DNA of 64,000 nucleotides. Source: Octopus vulgaris. Its lineage: Eukaryota. Where the stretch lies: the NCBI GenBank assembly GCA_951406725.2, contig OX597814.1, forward strand, positions 202,740,001 through 202,804,000. The letters run 5' to 3'. The position numbers were made by a program, and so were the translations under genes. Shown in pieces: positions 11,846 through 24,322 of the stretch (position 1 is its first letter; each line of letters starts with the position of its first letter). Below the pieces are notes generated by a model that had not been told where the DNA came from, did no database searches, and was given only the letters and a program-made list of their open reading frames with translations.

Positions 11846-12272
11846 CACTTATATGAGACGGAAAGTATTTGTCAATCATGTTCATCTTGCATTCTATTTC
11901 TTCCCCGCTTCTCTCTCTATACTTGTGTGTGTGTGAGTGTGTGCATTTGCCTCTTGCATCCAAAAGTACCGTCACAGCTGTGTCATATTGTTGTACTGAA
12001 TTATCTCTTTCTGTCTAGGGGTGTAGCAATGACCCTTCTAACTCATGCCAACATGGAAAGTGAGCATAAAACTATGATGATGATCATGCCAAAATACAAT
12101 AGGGGGAAAATGTAAATAAATTTATCTTATCAAAAAAAAAAAAGAGCATTATTAAACTTACTCTTGAAACTTAATTTGTTGCTCATAAAATTTTTGGTAT
12201 GGAATGTTACACCATTTTGTGTCACATATATATAAACATATATAATATAAATAATGTGTGTGTGTAGATATA

Positions 12273-12538
12273 TATATATGCATATATGGACGTCACCAAC
12301 AGTAAACAACATGAAAAAAAAAAAGAAATATTAAATACACAAATAAGAGAAAAAATGGAAAGCAGGACAAGTAACACAAAGAACGACCTTTCATCAGTTG
12401 TCAGCTGTCTATCTACTCCTCATTTCAAGTATTCAGCGATAATATGAGTTTTCCATTTTTTTTCTCTCGTTTGTGTATTTAACTCATTTGTTTTGTATTT
12501 CATGTTGTTTACTGTTGGTGACATCCTGTACCCATATA

Positions 12539-12548
<10 letters not shown>
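12273..12548. mobile_element. Foldback element with ~90-bp inverted arms in (TA)n
   Basis: GTCACCAACAGTAAACAACATGAAA...TTAAATACACAAA versus TTTGTGTATTTAA...TTTCATGTTGTTTACTGTTGGTGAC. Confidence 0.75.
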
Positions 12549-12573
<25 letters not shown>

Positions 12574-12609
12574 TTTATATTATTATTTAATTGAAAACAT
12601 ATTCATATG

Positions 12610-13523
12610 TTGGGTCATCCCATAAATAATGCGGTTTTTTCAATTCCATGAATTGGAGATGAGATAAACTACCTGCATCAACTTGCTATAAAAGCAGGTA
12701 GTAATTATACCTTGTTCTTATTCTTAGTGCAAGTTTTGAAGAGTGCAGTTCAATTTTAACAGTTATTTTTTCAAAGCTGTAATGGAAGTTACAAAGGACC
12801 ATATTTGGCATATTTTGTTTTATGAGTTCAATAAAGGCAACAGTGTAACGGAAAGTGCGAAGAATATTAATGCAGTACATGCGGATCAGACAATAAGTAT
12901 TAGCCAGTGTCAGCAGTGGTTCCAGAAATTCCAAGTCAAAAACTACAGCCTAGAAAATGTGACTCATCCTAGAAGATCTGTAGAGCTCAACAAGGACGTC
13001 CTGCAAACTCTGGTGGAACAAAATCCCATCATAACTGTTAAGAAACTAGCAGATAAGCTTGGATTTGGTCATTCAACCATTTGTCAACACCTGCACTAAA
13101 AGGAAAACGACCATCTTTGGTTTCAAGACAAAAGGTATTCTTTCATCAGGATAATGCTCGGCTCCATACAGCAAGGATGACATTCCAAATGTTGGAGCAG
13201 TTTCAATGGGAAACGATGCCCCACCCACCATATTTGACAGACATTGCCCCATCTGATTATCATTTATTCCGCAGTCTTCAAAATCATTTCGACGAGGAAA
13301 AAATCTGAATTCTGTAGGCAATGTCAGAACAGTATTGGAAGAGTATTTTTGATCACAGACAAGTGAACTTTTGAAGTGAGGCCTTGCAAGTCTACCAGAT
13401 AGATGGAAGAGCATTGTAGGAAATGAAGGAGAGTATATTTTAGATTAAAAAAGAACTTAGTTTATCTTAATTTTGAAAAATAAAAGAAGTATAAAAAAAC
13501 GCATTATTTATGGGATGACCCAG
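12610..13523 (+). mobile_element. Internally deleted mariner (D,D34D) transposon
   Basis: TIRs TTGGGTCATCCCATAAATAATGCG / CGCATTATTTATGGGATGACCCAG-TA; transposase remnants inside. Confidence 0.95.
12782..13448 (+). pseudogene. mariner transposase pseudogene
   Basis: MEVTKDHIWHILFYEFNKG...QWFQKF (HTH) joined at ~13095 to HQDNARLH...HPPYLTDIAPSDYHLF; frameshifts and stops present. Confidence 0.92.
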
Positions 13524-14098
13524 TATATGTATGTATATATATCTATATCTATATCTATCTATCTATCTATCTATATCTATATATATATATATATATACAT
13601 ACAAAACATATATATGTAAGTATATATGTGCATATACATAAATATATGTGTATGTAGATATGTGTGCATGTATGTTTTGTGAGTAATGTCTGTTAATTAC
13701 TTTGTTGTTTTTTGTTAATGAATGTTTTATTCTACATATTTCATTCATCTTCTTACAGCAACCATTAATTATTTTACAAAATCATCATAATGTATTGAAA
13801 TAAATCTGGTTAGCCAGAAAATTATGATTTTCTGTCATGTTAATTATAATCACCATATGTGATATTGCATTAAACTTAGAAAACATTTTCTTATTTTTTT
13901 GGTTGCATAGATTCTATGTAATTGGGAGACTTATTAATGTGTCTTATCTGATTATAAAGTTTCTGAAACTGTTATATATGTATGTAATATATAATTGATT
14001 CTTATTTTATCACTGCAGTCTTAAGTATCTCAACAAGAAAATAAACTCATGGTTTAGTTTTAATATAAGCGAGTTATAAATGAAGTTTTTCATAAATA

Positions 14099-14920
14099 CA
14101 TGGTCTGATCAATAAATATCTGGACTGTTGCCATACTAACAAAGCTAGAGCATGCAGAGTGAAGCCACTTGTTACAGATTGACCTTGAGCTCTGCTGTGC
14201 ATGTGCACTGAGTTTTAATGTTCTAACTCTCTTCCGCTGATTACAGCAATGCTTGGAAGGAATGTGTGTAGTTTGTGGTCATCGCATTGACCATCAATCT
14301 GCATCAAATTTTACCAAAAGCTTGGCGATATCTGCTTAGAGGCCTATGCAAAGTTACAGAAAGTGTTGATAGTGACAAACGTTCTGGGAGACCCTCAACC
14401 AGCAGAACTGAGAAAAACATTGCAGATGCGCATGCAGCTGTGAGGGGAAATCATCAGATCACCATCCTTGAGTTATCAGATAATGTGCAGATTAGTTACA
14501 GTTCAGTTCAGACCATTATCACAGAAGATTTGGGTATGAGACGTGTTCCTGCCAAGTTTGTGCCAAAACTGCTTTCGGCTGACAATGCACCTGCCTATGC
14601 AGCACAGCTTGTGCAGTAGTTTCTGGCTAGGCACAACATTCCCCAGGTCTGACTATCATCATATTCCCCAGATCTTACCCTTTGCAACCTTTTTCCTCTT
14701 TCCAAAAATCAAATCCTGCTTGAAAGGAAGAAGATTTCAGGATATCAAGGAAATTAAAGTGAATGGAGTTCCAGGAATGCTTCCAACAATGGAAACAGCA
14801 CTGGATTAAGTGTGTGGCTTCCAAAGGGGGCTACTTTGAAGGAGATCAAATACCAAATTGGTACATGTTATAGTTTTGTTTTTATAGCACCAGTCCAGAT
14901 ATTTATTGATCAGACCTATG
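14099..14920 (+). mobile_element. Second internally deleted mariner (irritans-like) transposon
   Basis: TA-flanked TIRs GGTCTGATCAATAAATATCTGGACTG; peptides DKRSGRPSTS, LGMRRVPAKFVPKLL, DNAPAY, YSPDL, FLFPKIKSCLKGRRF. Confidence 0.92.
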
Positions 14921-15404
14921 TAGATATCTAACTTTCTCTCTACACACATACTTATAAATACCGTTATCATCATCATTGTTTTTAACATCCACTTTTCCAT
15001 GATCACATGATTTGGACAGATGTTGAGGAGGGTTTTCTATCACTGAATGCTCTTCCTGTCACCAACCCTCATCAGTTTGCTTGCAAGCTAATATCTCCCC
15101 ATGGCCAGATATTTTCACAGAATATTGGCAGTGAATCAGGACATAGTTTGCTTGACAGTGATGCTCATATAGCTTTGATCCTGATAGATACAAACACACA
15201 CACACGCACACAACAAAGTTTCACACAGTTTGTCTCAGATTCACTCACGAGGCTTTGCTTGACTCGAGGCTATAGTACAAAAGGCATTCCAAAGTGTTGT
15301 ACAGTGGGACTGAACTTGAGATGATGTGATTTTGAAGCAGATTTATTAACCACTCACACATACTTGTGTCCTTCCGCCCCATATACATACATACACATAT
15401 ATAT

Positions 15405-15800
15405 AGGTGCAGATGTAGCTGTGTTGCAAGAAGCTTGCTTCCCGGCTATATAGATTTGGGTTCAGTCCCAGTGTGTGGTACGTTGGACTATTACCTTCTT
15501 TTAGAGCCTCAGGTCAACCAAGGCCATGTCAGTAGATTTGGTAGATGGAAACTGAAAGAAGCCTGTCATGTATATATGTGTGTGTGAGTCTGTCTGTCTT
15601 TGTCCCCTACCACCACTTGGCAATCAGTGTTAGTGTGTTTACGTCCCCATAACTTAGTGGTTTGGCAAAAGAGAGAAAGAAACTGCTAAAATAGTGCCTG
15701 GCTAAAAAAAGTCCTGGAGTTGATTCATTCAATTAAAAAGACTTTTCAATGTGGTACCCCAGCATGGCCACAGTCTAAGACTGAAACAAGTAGAAGATAA
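15405..15800 (+). mobile_element. SINE family B (older)
   Basis: Head GGTTCAGTCCC through tail CTGAAACAAGTAGAAGA. Confidence 0.85.
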
Positions 15801-15831
15801 TATGTGTGTGTATATATATATATATATATAC

Positions 15832-16172
15832 TCTTTTGTTTTTACTCTTTTACTTGTTTGTCATTTGACTGCAGCCATGCTGGAGCACCACCTTTAGTTG
15901 AGCAAATCGACCCCAGGACTTATTCTTTGTAAGCCTAGTACTTATTCTATTGGTTGTCAAGCGATGTTGGGGGGGACAAACACAGACACACATATATACA
16001 TACATATACATATATACGACAGGCTTCTTTCAGTTTCCATCTACCAAATCCACTCGCAAGGCTTTGGTTGGCCCGAAGCTATAGTAGAAGACACTTGCCC
16101 AAGGTGCCACGCAGTGGGATTGAACCTGGAACCATGTGGTTGGTAAGCAAGCTACTCACCACACAGCCACTC
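15832..16172 (-). mobile_element. SINE family B, tail-to-tail with the preceding copy
   Basis: Near-consensus reverse copy with an internal deletion. Confidence 0.9.
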
Positions 16173-16990
16173 CATATGTGTGTGTGTGTGTGTATGTATG
16201 TATAGGGGAATGAACGAAATTGGATTATTCCAGGCCTTTGTAAAACTAATAGAACACATTACATAAGATCGTACAATCTTATTGTCTGATACATTTGTCT
16301 GTATTTAACAACCTGTATTGATTAAAATAGTTTTGAGTTTTAGTAACGTCTTATTAAATAGTCCTCAGTCCTCCTGGAAACTTTGGCTAATTTATTCCGC
16401 TGCTGTTGAAGAGCTTTTACCTGATTGCTAATTAAATATCAGATGTTAAGCAAATTAACTGCATCATTTCAGAGACATACTTGGCTAGCTACCAGCAAAA
16501 TTTCTACTTGAATACAATATGATCAAAGAACATAAGGCTTGGAGGTTGTTCCAAATTTATGTACCATTCCAGTTATGCTATGCTCATGATTCTCTACTTT
16601 TCGAAGAGATTCACTTTGATATTGGTAATGAAGACTGTTTAAAATTTCTCATAAAAATCTTGTTATTCAAGAGTCTTTCAGATCTACTTCTATATCATCT
16701 TTGATATTCTGACAAAGTTTTAATTCTTTTATTCTAACAATCCCTGCCCGTCTTTTCATAACATTCATTTACCATTCTTAAAAATGATGTAACAAAACAT
16801 TCTTGTAAGTCAGTAAAATATCAATTATTTAAATTTGATATGATTAATTAGCATTATGTCATGTATATTAAATTTGTTCTTTTTTTGCATGTACCAAATT
16901 ATTTTGTTATTCAAATTCTTTATTGTATGATATCAGTCATATCTATGTAAATAAATCTATCTTTATGTGAGTGACTATGGGAGTGATATC

Positions 16991-17352
16991 TTTTATATTT
17001 TACTTGTTTCAGTCATTAGACTGTGGCCATGCTGGGGCACTTTCCTGAAGTTTTAGTCAAATTGATTGACCCCAGTACACATTTTAATCTATTGGCCCCT
17101 TTTGCAAATTCACAGGGATGTAAACACACCAACACCAGTTGTCAAGCAGGGGTGGAGGACAAAGACACATACACATAGATCTAAATATATAATGGGCTTC
17201 TTTCAGTTTCCATCTATCGAATCCATTCACAAGGCTTTGGTCAGCCTGTGGTTATAGTAGGAGACACTTGCCCAAGGTGTCATGCAGTGGGACTGAACCC
17301 CGAACTATGTGGTTGGGAAGCAAGCACCTTGGCACTCTGCCATACCTGCACC
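16991..17352 (-). mobile_element. SINE family B
   Basis: Reverse consensus match. Confidence 0.85.
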
Positions 17353-17894
17353 CTTATGTAAAGAAAATATTTCAGAATTTTAAATCAAGCCTTCTACAAT
17401 TGAGATAGCCAGTAAGTTGTTGTTTAACTTGTAAGAAACAGCAGCAAAATCTCCCTCAATTCCCACCCTTACAATATTGTGAATGCTTTAGAGGTATGAT
17501 AATTTCTTGTAGTCTAAGGCATCTTTAACTTCTTGGTTTCAATCAAATATTACCTATATATGTGGTAAATAACAAACCAATGGGAGAGTCTTTATGTGAT
17601 TACTCAACATGATAGAAATAAGAACTAAATCTGCCTTAAAAGATACTGTATTATCATAAAATAGAAAAGATATATCGGATAATAATAATAATAATAAATA
17701 TATATATACACACACACACACTTTATATACAATACATAATATTGTACTTGGAGGAAGGGGAAAATGGTCAATCTTGGAAGCCTTCTATCATAGACTTACT
17801 TGTTCAGGACTGACAGAAGCTTAGGAAACATACATTCTACATCCATTTGGCATAAATTCTTCTTTTGTTACATTCCTATACTGTTGTTAGTGAG

Positions 17895-18050
17895 TGGGGT
17901 GGCGTAGTGGTTAAGGTCAGTGGCTTAGAATTACAAGGTCTCTGGGTTCAATTTCTAGACTAGACAGTGTGTTATTTATTTTTGCAAAGTATTTCATTTT
18001 GTGTCGCTCCAGTTTACTTAGCTGTGAATTAGTACCAGCCAGGGTACTGG
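17895..18050 (+). mobile_element. Degenerate family D-like SINE
   Basis: TGGCGTAGTGG A-box, GGGTTCAATT B-box, CORE-like block; similar copy at ~31530-31680. Confidence 0.6.
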
Positions 18051-18335
18051 TGTTGCTCTCTCTCTCTCTCTCTCCAGCTGTCATATCCTGGATGTTCTGC
18101 TAGACCAAGAGTGCATCTATGTATGCTCAGGACTACATAAATACCGAGAACTATTACTGGATGCATATTTATTGATGTTAAGCCATACTTACTTGCAAGT
18201 GACTGTCTGGTGTACTGTACTTTATTCCATAGTTTCCAAACGAGTTTAGGTTCTTACCAAACTCAGAGTTTCTCAGACAAAGTACAGAGCTGTTTGAGCA
18301 AGGTAGTATACTGTAACTATTATGAAACAGTATAC

Positions 18336-18378
<43 letters not shown>

Positions 18379-18434
18379 CACATACATATATATTTGTGTG
18401 TATATATATATATATATATATATACATATATGTA

Positions 18435-19295
18435 CACGCTGTGGTGAATGAATTGTCTAAAATACGCAAAAAGGAAAATAACACCGACATCTCGTTTTAA
18501 CAGATATATTTACCAAAACTACACAAAAATATCTTGAAATGCTAAAGAGTAAATTTATTCAATAAAATCGCCATTGGCTTCAACCATGGCCTCCACATGA
18601 CTTTGGAATATCCTGTAACCCTTCTGGAAGGTCTCCTTGTTTAAGTCGGTGAATGTTGCCATAATTCTTGCCTTCAGTTCATCTTTGGTGTTACAAGGAG
18701 TTTTGTTGGTCTCTCACTCAACTGCACCCCACACATAATCAAGGGGGATGCAGTCTGGGGTGTTAGGTGGTCAGATGTTAGGAGTGATCTGGTTGCAGAA
18801 ATTGTCTGACAGCCATGACTGGGTTCTCCTGCTTGTGTGGTATGGTGCAGAGTCCTGTTGCCAGACATAGGGTCTTCCAGCAGCCAGCCTCTTGACCCAG
18901 GGCAGCACTACCTTCTCCAGGCACTTGAAGTAGGCCTCCATGTTGAATCTGAAGCTGTGTGGGAAGATGAAGTCATAATGTTGCCATTACTAGCAATCAC
19001 TCCAAAAACCATGATGTTGACTGGATGTTTGATTTTTATCACTCTCGGTACATGTCCTCAGATTGACACCCAAACACTCTAAAATGTTCATACTGGAGCT
19101 TCCAGTACGAATGCCATGCAGTACAACATGCTGTTTCCAAATTTCTGGCAGAGTGAATTGTGTCATGGTGCTCTTTTTCTCACAGACAGTGCCCAACTGA
19201 TCCTACTATACTGTGTAGTCAACAAAATCAAAAGCAAACAATGTGCATGCACAAAATTAAAGATATATAAAATGGGAACAATTTACCCATCGCAC

Positions 19296-19299
<4 letters not shown>
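18435..19299 (-). mobile_element. Internally deleted DD37D (maT-type) Tc1/mariner element
   Basis: Minus strand 18555-19060 reads IMVFGVI...YVWQQDSAPYHTS...PPNTPDCIPLDY...AMVEANGDFIE*, with 37 residues between the last two Asp; degenerate TIRs CAGGGTGCGATGGGTAAATTGT. Confidence 0.88.
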
Positions 19300-19334
<35 letters not shown>

Positions 19335-19540
19335 CATGTGATCAAGTGACCGACCAGACCATCAGATGTTGCTACACATCGCTGGTCACAATGCGTTCGC
19401 ATTGTTTTAGCCTTTGAATGACGCCACCCCGCTGGCTAAGCGAGCAGGCCAACAGCAGAAAGAGTGAGAGAAAGAGTACAGCAGGGATCACCATCCCCTG
19501 CTGTGTATATATACATACATATATATATACATATATATAG

Positions 19541-19887
19541 CGTGGCCGTCTGCCAGCCTCGTCTGGCACCTGTGTCGGTGGCACATAAAAACACCATCCG
19601 AGCGTGGCCGTCTGCCAGCCTCGTCTGGCACCTGTGTCGGTGGCACATAAAAACACCATCCGAGCGTGGCCGTTCGCCAGCCTCGTCTGGCACCTGTGTC
19701 GGTGGCACATAAAATCACCCACTACACTCTCGGAGTGGTTGGCGTTAGGAAGGGCATCCAGCTGTAGAAACACTACCAGATCTGACTGGCCTGGTGCAGC
19801 CTTCGGGCTCCCCAGACCCCAGTTGAACCGTCCAACCCATGCTAGCATGGAAAGCGGACGTTAAATGATGATGATGATGATGATGAT
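19541..19887 (+). mobile_element. Young SINE family C with three near-identical 62-bp units
   Basis: Units start at 19541, 19603 and 19665; (ATG)n tail. Confidence 0.9.
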
Positions 19888-20366
19888 ATATATATGGAAA
19901 ACGAACATTAAATGATGTGTGTGTGTTATAATTTCATTACTTGAGTATGCTCTGCCGAGTAACCTTTACTCTCATGGCAACCAAATTCACTGTCATTTTC
20001 CCAACACTCTTGGATTGGCAGACATAAGATCTTCCTATTTTCCCTGAAACATGTAATTTTATGAGACTGAATTAGTGTGAAGAAAACCAATTAATCCGTT
20101 AATTAACCTGCAAATAGGTACTTTTTTTTTAATTAGCAATTTTATAAGAGTGTAATGTTATTTGAGCATTCTAGTCTAAGATGAATTACTGAGTGACACC
20201 ATCTTCATGAAAAACAATAGTTAAGCTTGTGGTGGATGGTGTCTCAAAATAAATAAGCTCAATATTTTCTTTATTTTAAAAATATGTCAATTTTTCATGA
20301 AATAGCATAGCATCTTTTGATTGATTCATTTTTCACAACTTCAGTAAGTACAGTAGAGTTAATTCT

Positions 20367-20631
20367 GATACAATGTGTCATCTCTTGTGAAAGGTAGGAG
20401 AGTCCAGTTTGCTGGACATTGTTGTAGAGCCGAAAAAGAGGTAATTTCTACTCTTCTCCTCTGGAAGCCATCTACTCACAATACCAGAGGGCGCACACTC
20501 TCCTACCTTGATGTAATCTCCAAGGATATAGGCATCCAGCAACAGGACCTCCATAATGCCATGATGGACCGTGAAGTCTGGCGTAGCATGGTAAACTCCA
20601 TTGTCTCGACCACGGTCGAACAATGATGTTG
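20367..20631 (+). mobile_element. 5'-truncated RTE-group LINE 3' end with 12-bp TSD
   Basis: RRVQFAGHCCR...LLWKP...RGR...AMMDREVWR; TSD AGAGTTAATTCT at 20355-20366 and 20632-20643. Confidence 0.9.
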
Positions 20632-21289
20632 AGAGTTAATTCTTTACTGAGGAGGTCTAATAAAACTGAAACTTGTCTTGAATTGTCTCCCTTGATTGCT
20701 GAAATTACTAAGATAATATTAGTCATTGAAGTCATAGATTGTCTTATCTTTGCCACATGAATATACCTAATTGGATCTTAGATGTTTGAAAGAGACCATA
20801 TTTATGAACAACTCTTCCTCTTTTATCTGGCTATGTTATCAGTCATTAAATGAGGTTATCTTGGAAGTCTTATAACAGACACAGTAAAATAAAAGTTTCG
20901 TATGGCTGCTAACTTATAATCTTTCATTGCAACAATTTTCTTCATCAGTTTCTATGAAATAAGGGTTATAAAGCATAATATAACCATTTCCCTAGAGCTA
21001 ATGTCATTGTCGAGCATCACGTTGATGATGTAAGATGTTTTAAACATCAAATGTAAACATTAGTTATAACACCATCTTTCTGAGAGAAATTTGCATAAAA
21101 CTTGCCAGTGTAGAACCATGGGAAGTAAATCAAACATAACATTAAATAATGGGGTTTAGTAACGCAATTTAACGCCGAATAATAGATTTACACAGAAGCT
21201 GATACCAGAGAATAATAGAGATTGTTAAGCATTAAAATTATCCAAGTCATGTTTCATCTCATGTAATTTTCTAACTATTCTGTTACTTA

Positions 21290-21362
21290 TCATTACTATT
21301 ATTATTATTATTATTATTATTATCATTGTTGTTGTTATTACTAATATTATTATTCATTATTA
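21290..21362. repeat. (ATT)n microsatellite
   Basis: Direct reading. Confidence 0.9.
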
Positions 21363-21689
21363 CTGTGGCAGATTCTACAGTATTGTGCTAATTTATTGTG
21401 GTCTATGGCATCTTTCAATTCTCAGTTGTAACCATACACTATTATTAATGCTAAGCAAGCATTTTAGGAGAGCCACTGTAATCATAAATGTCTGTGGAAA
21501 AATGATGAACTAATGACTGTCAGTGTGGTTGGTTTCATGACCTCCTGGAAATAGTAGCCAAATCACCTTCAAATCACACAGCCTATTGTCTTCAAAAAAG
21601 GAAGGATAGTAGTTAATGTAAGTCTGGTTCTAATATCATCATCATTGTTTTAATGTCCACTATTCTATACTTGTATTGGTCAAAGAATT

Positions 21690-22375
21690 CATCATCATCA
21701 TCCTCATCATCATCGTTTAATGTCCGCTTTCCATGCTGGCATGGGTTGAATGATTTGACTGAGGTCTGGTGAACCAGATGGCTGCACCGGGCTCCAATCT
21801 TGATCTGGCAGAGTTTCTACAGCTGGATGCCCTTTCTAACGCCAACCACTCTGAGAGTGTAGTGGGTGCTTTTACGTGCACCCACACATTTACGTGCCAC
21901 CAGTACCCAGGCCAGTCAGTTGGTACTGGCAACGACCATGCTCAAATGGTGCTTTTTATGTGCCACATGCACAGGAGCCAGTCCAGTGGCACTGGCAATG
22001 ACCTTGCTCGAATGTTTTTTCACGTGCCACTAGCACAAGTGCTAGTAAAGCAACACAGGTAACGATCACGCTCGAATGGTGCTTTTTATGTGTCACCGGC
22101 ACGGAAGCCAGTTTGTTGCTCTGGCAATGATCACGCTCGGATGGTACTCTTAGTGCTCCACTAGCACAGATGACAGTCATCGAATTCGATTTTGATTTCG
22201 ATTTCACTTGCCTCAACAAGTCTTTGCAAGCAGAGTTTAGTGTCCAATGAAGGAAAGGTATGCATAAGTGGGCTGGTTACACCCCTGGCAAGGGCCACGA
22301 GGTAATGGTCTCACTTGGCTTGCCGGGTCTTCTCAAGCACATATTTCCAAAGGTCTTAGTCACTAGTCATTGCCA
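21690..22375 (-). mobile_element. Long SINE family C copy with several internal units and a 5' extension
   Basis: Shares the extension CACTTGCCTCAACA.GTCTTTGCAAGC with 4590-4720. Confidence 0.85.
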
Positions 22376-22624
22376 AGGAAAATAATTTCTACTACTGGAT
22401 GCCCTTCTTGTGGCAGGTTTCTCACTGGGCCAAAATTCTGCTTCTATGTATTTTTACTGTTAGAATGTCCTAGTAGTGTTTGTAATCCAGTTCAGAACAA
22501 ATTGCAGGAGGGACTTCATTTGGAAAGAACTGTTCCACCTCCTTCTATTTTCTCTTCTATGTTTACATCCTTCACTAGGATCTATATTGGTTAAAAACAC
22601 ACACATATACTTGACGTTTTTACT

Positions 22625-23005
22625 CAGGAGGACAGACTCAGTATTTGCCTTCAGGTAAAGAAATTGAAATATCAGGACTTAGTAGATGAGGCCCTTATCA
22701 AGGGCTCACATGCATCCTCATTCCCCATTGAAGTCAGTTGCTATGGCTTTCCACTGTGATCAGTGAGCTATTTCCTACAGAAGATAGCTCTGCAACACAG
22801 ACAACTGAGGAAAGCCATTATATAAAAGGCATGGCAACTAAAACTAGTCCAAAATATCTATGATTGACAAGAGACCACAAGTGTAACCCTTTCACAGGTG
22901 AAGACTAGCTCAATCCTCACTGCTCCACTTAGGTGAAACATACAGGCCAAGGAGTGAAACACTTATGACCTTGAGATACCTGCTGACAGAAGGGTTTCCA
23001 GCATT
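22625..23005 (+). pseudogene. Hero/NeSL-like non-LTR retrotransposon remnant (restriction-like endonuclease C-terminus plus 3' UTR)
   Basis: QEDRL...KKLKYQDLVDEALIKG...FPIEVSCYGFP*SVSYFLQKI matches the K..KY..L / P(I/V)EVGCRGF motifs of RLE clades. Confidence 0.75.
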
Positions 23006-23959
23006 GCAATGGATTTAGAAGGGCTTGCAAAAAACTTCTCAGTAGCTCCTGCACGGGGTAAAGTGTATCTAATATTTATTTCACCTATCAAAGAACTTCC
23101 ACTCAAAGATATTAGCCAACATTATATTGTTGCCTTAAGTGCTATGCAATATTTGAACCTGGAACCATGTTGTTGCAAAGCATACTTCTTAATTGCAAGG
23201 CCAAGCCTGCACCCATTAAGCATTATAAAGAAATATATCTTACAATGCATTATTTATAATGATATCACCATCTTTGCTTAGTAATTAACCAATTACTGCT
23301 AATTAATTCATTATCATTGTCACAGGCTGCCAAGTTACTTTTCGAAACCTTCTTATGATACCATTTTTTTCTAGAAGAGTTTTTACTGAAACATGTGACC
23401 GAGTGGAATGTGTGCATTGTTGTATTGGACTAAATGTTGGAGCAGATGGGAAACAATATGACTTTTGTACAAAATTGCTCTTTGTAATTAATATAATTAC
23501 TGTCATTTGGTAATCATTAACAGATTTCCCTCTTTATCTCAAGCATATTTTTAAAAGAACAAGAGATGAAGTGTGAAAAAAAAATTTTTTGTATGACACA
23601 CGTATTTCATTTTTCAGCTGCTTTGATGCAGTACAGTATAAGATGCACATTTTCCAAACAAAGGAAAAAGAGAGTCTCAAAATAAAATGACCCTGGGTTT
23701 TGTATGCAAGGCTGATTTAAACCTCAAATGCTTTAATGCACAAAAAATTTTTCTCCAGAATATGCTCTGCTGAAATTAGGGTGCATCTAAAATGCTTGTG
23801 TGTTTTTTATGCTATCGAATATAGTAATTCCTTTTGATTATTTACAAAGCCTTTTAAGGGACTCTAAATGAAACTTTGTAACATCATTCATGCTCCTTCA
23901 AATAGTTTCACATAGAAATAGTTCTAATTTTGGCACAAGGCCAGCAATTTTCATGGAAG

Positions 23960-24322
23960 AGATTTGGCCATTTGCACGAGTCCTAGCACTTGGCCTGGAT
24001 CTCTGACAGTTAAGACGACAAATGTTCCAGTCAATCCAATCAGCACAGCAGCTTGCTTGTGGAATTAACATGCAAGTGGCTGAGCACTCCACAAACCTGC
24101 ATACCCTTAATGTAGTTCTGAGGTACATTCAGTGTAACAACAGAATGTGACAAGGCTGGACCCTTTGTAATTACAGGTACCACTCATTTTTGCCAGTTGA
24201 GTGGACTAGGACTATGTGAAATAAAATGTCTTGCTCAAAGATACAAAGCACTGCCAAGAATCGAACTTGTGACCTTACGATCATGAGCCAAACACTCTAA
24301 CCACTGAGCCACCTGTCTTCAC
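23960..24322 (-). mobile_element. SINE family E (D-like head, different tail)
   Basis: Reverse match to 37204-37590 and 46165-46550. Confidence 0.8.

Noticed and set aside
17895-17965. tRNA-like sequence (and other SINE heads)
   Set aside because: No complete cloverleaf; continues into a SINE body
23600-23830. Possible pogo-type MITE with inner AGATGCAC/GTGCATCT inverted words
   Set aside because: Termini too degenerate to define
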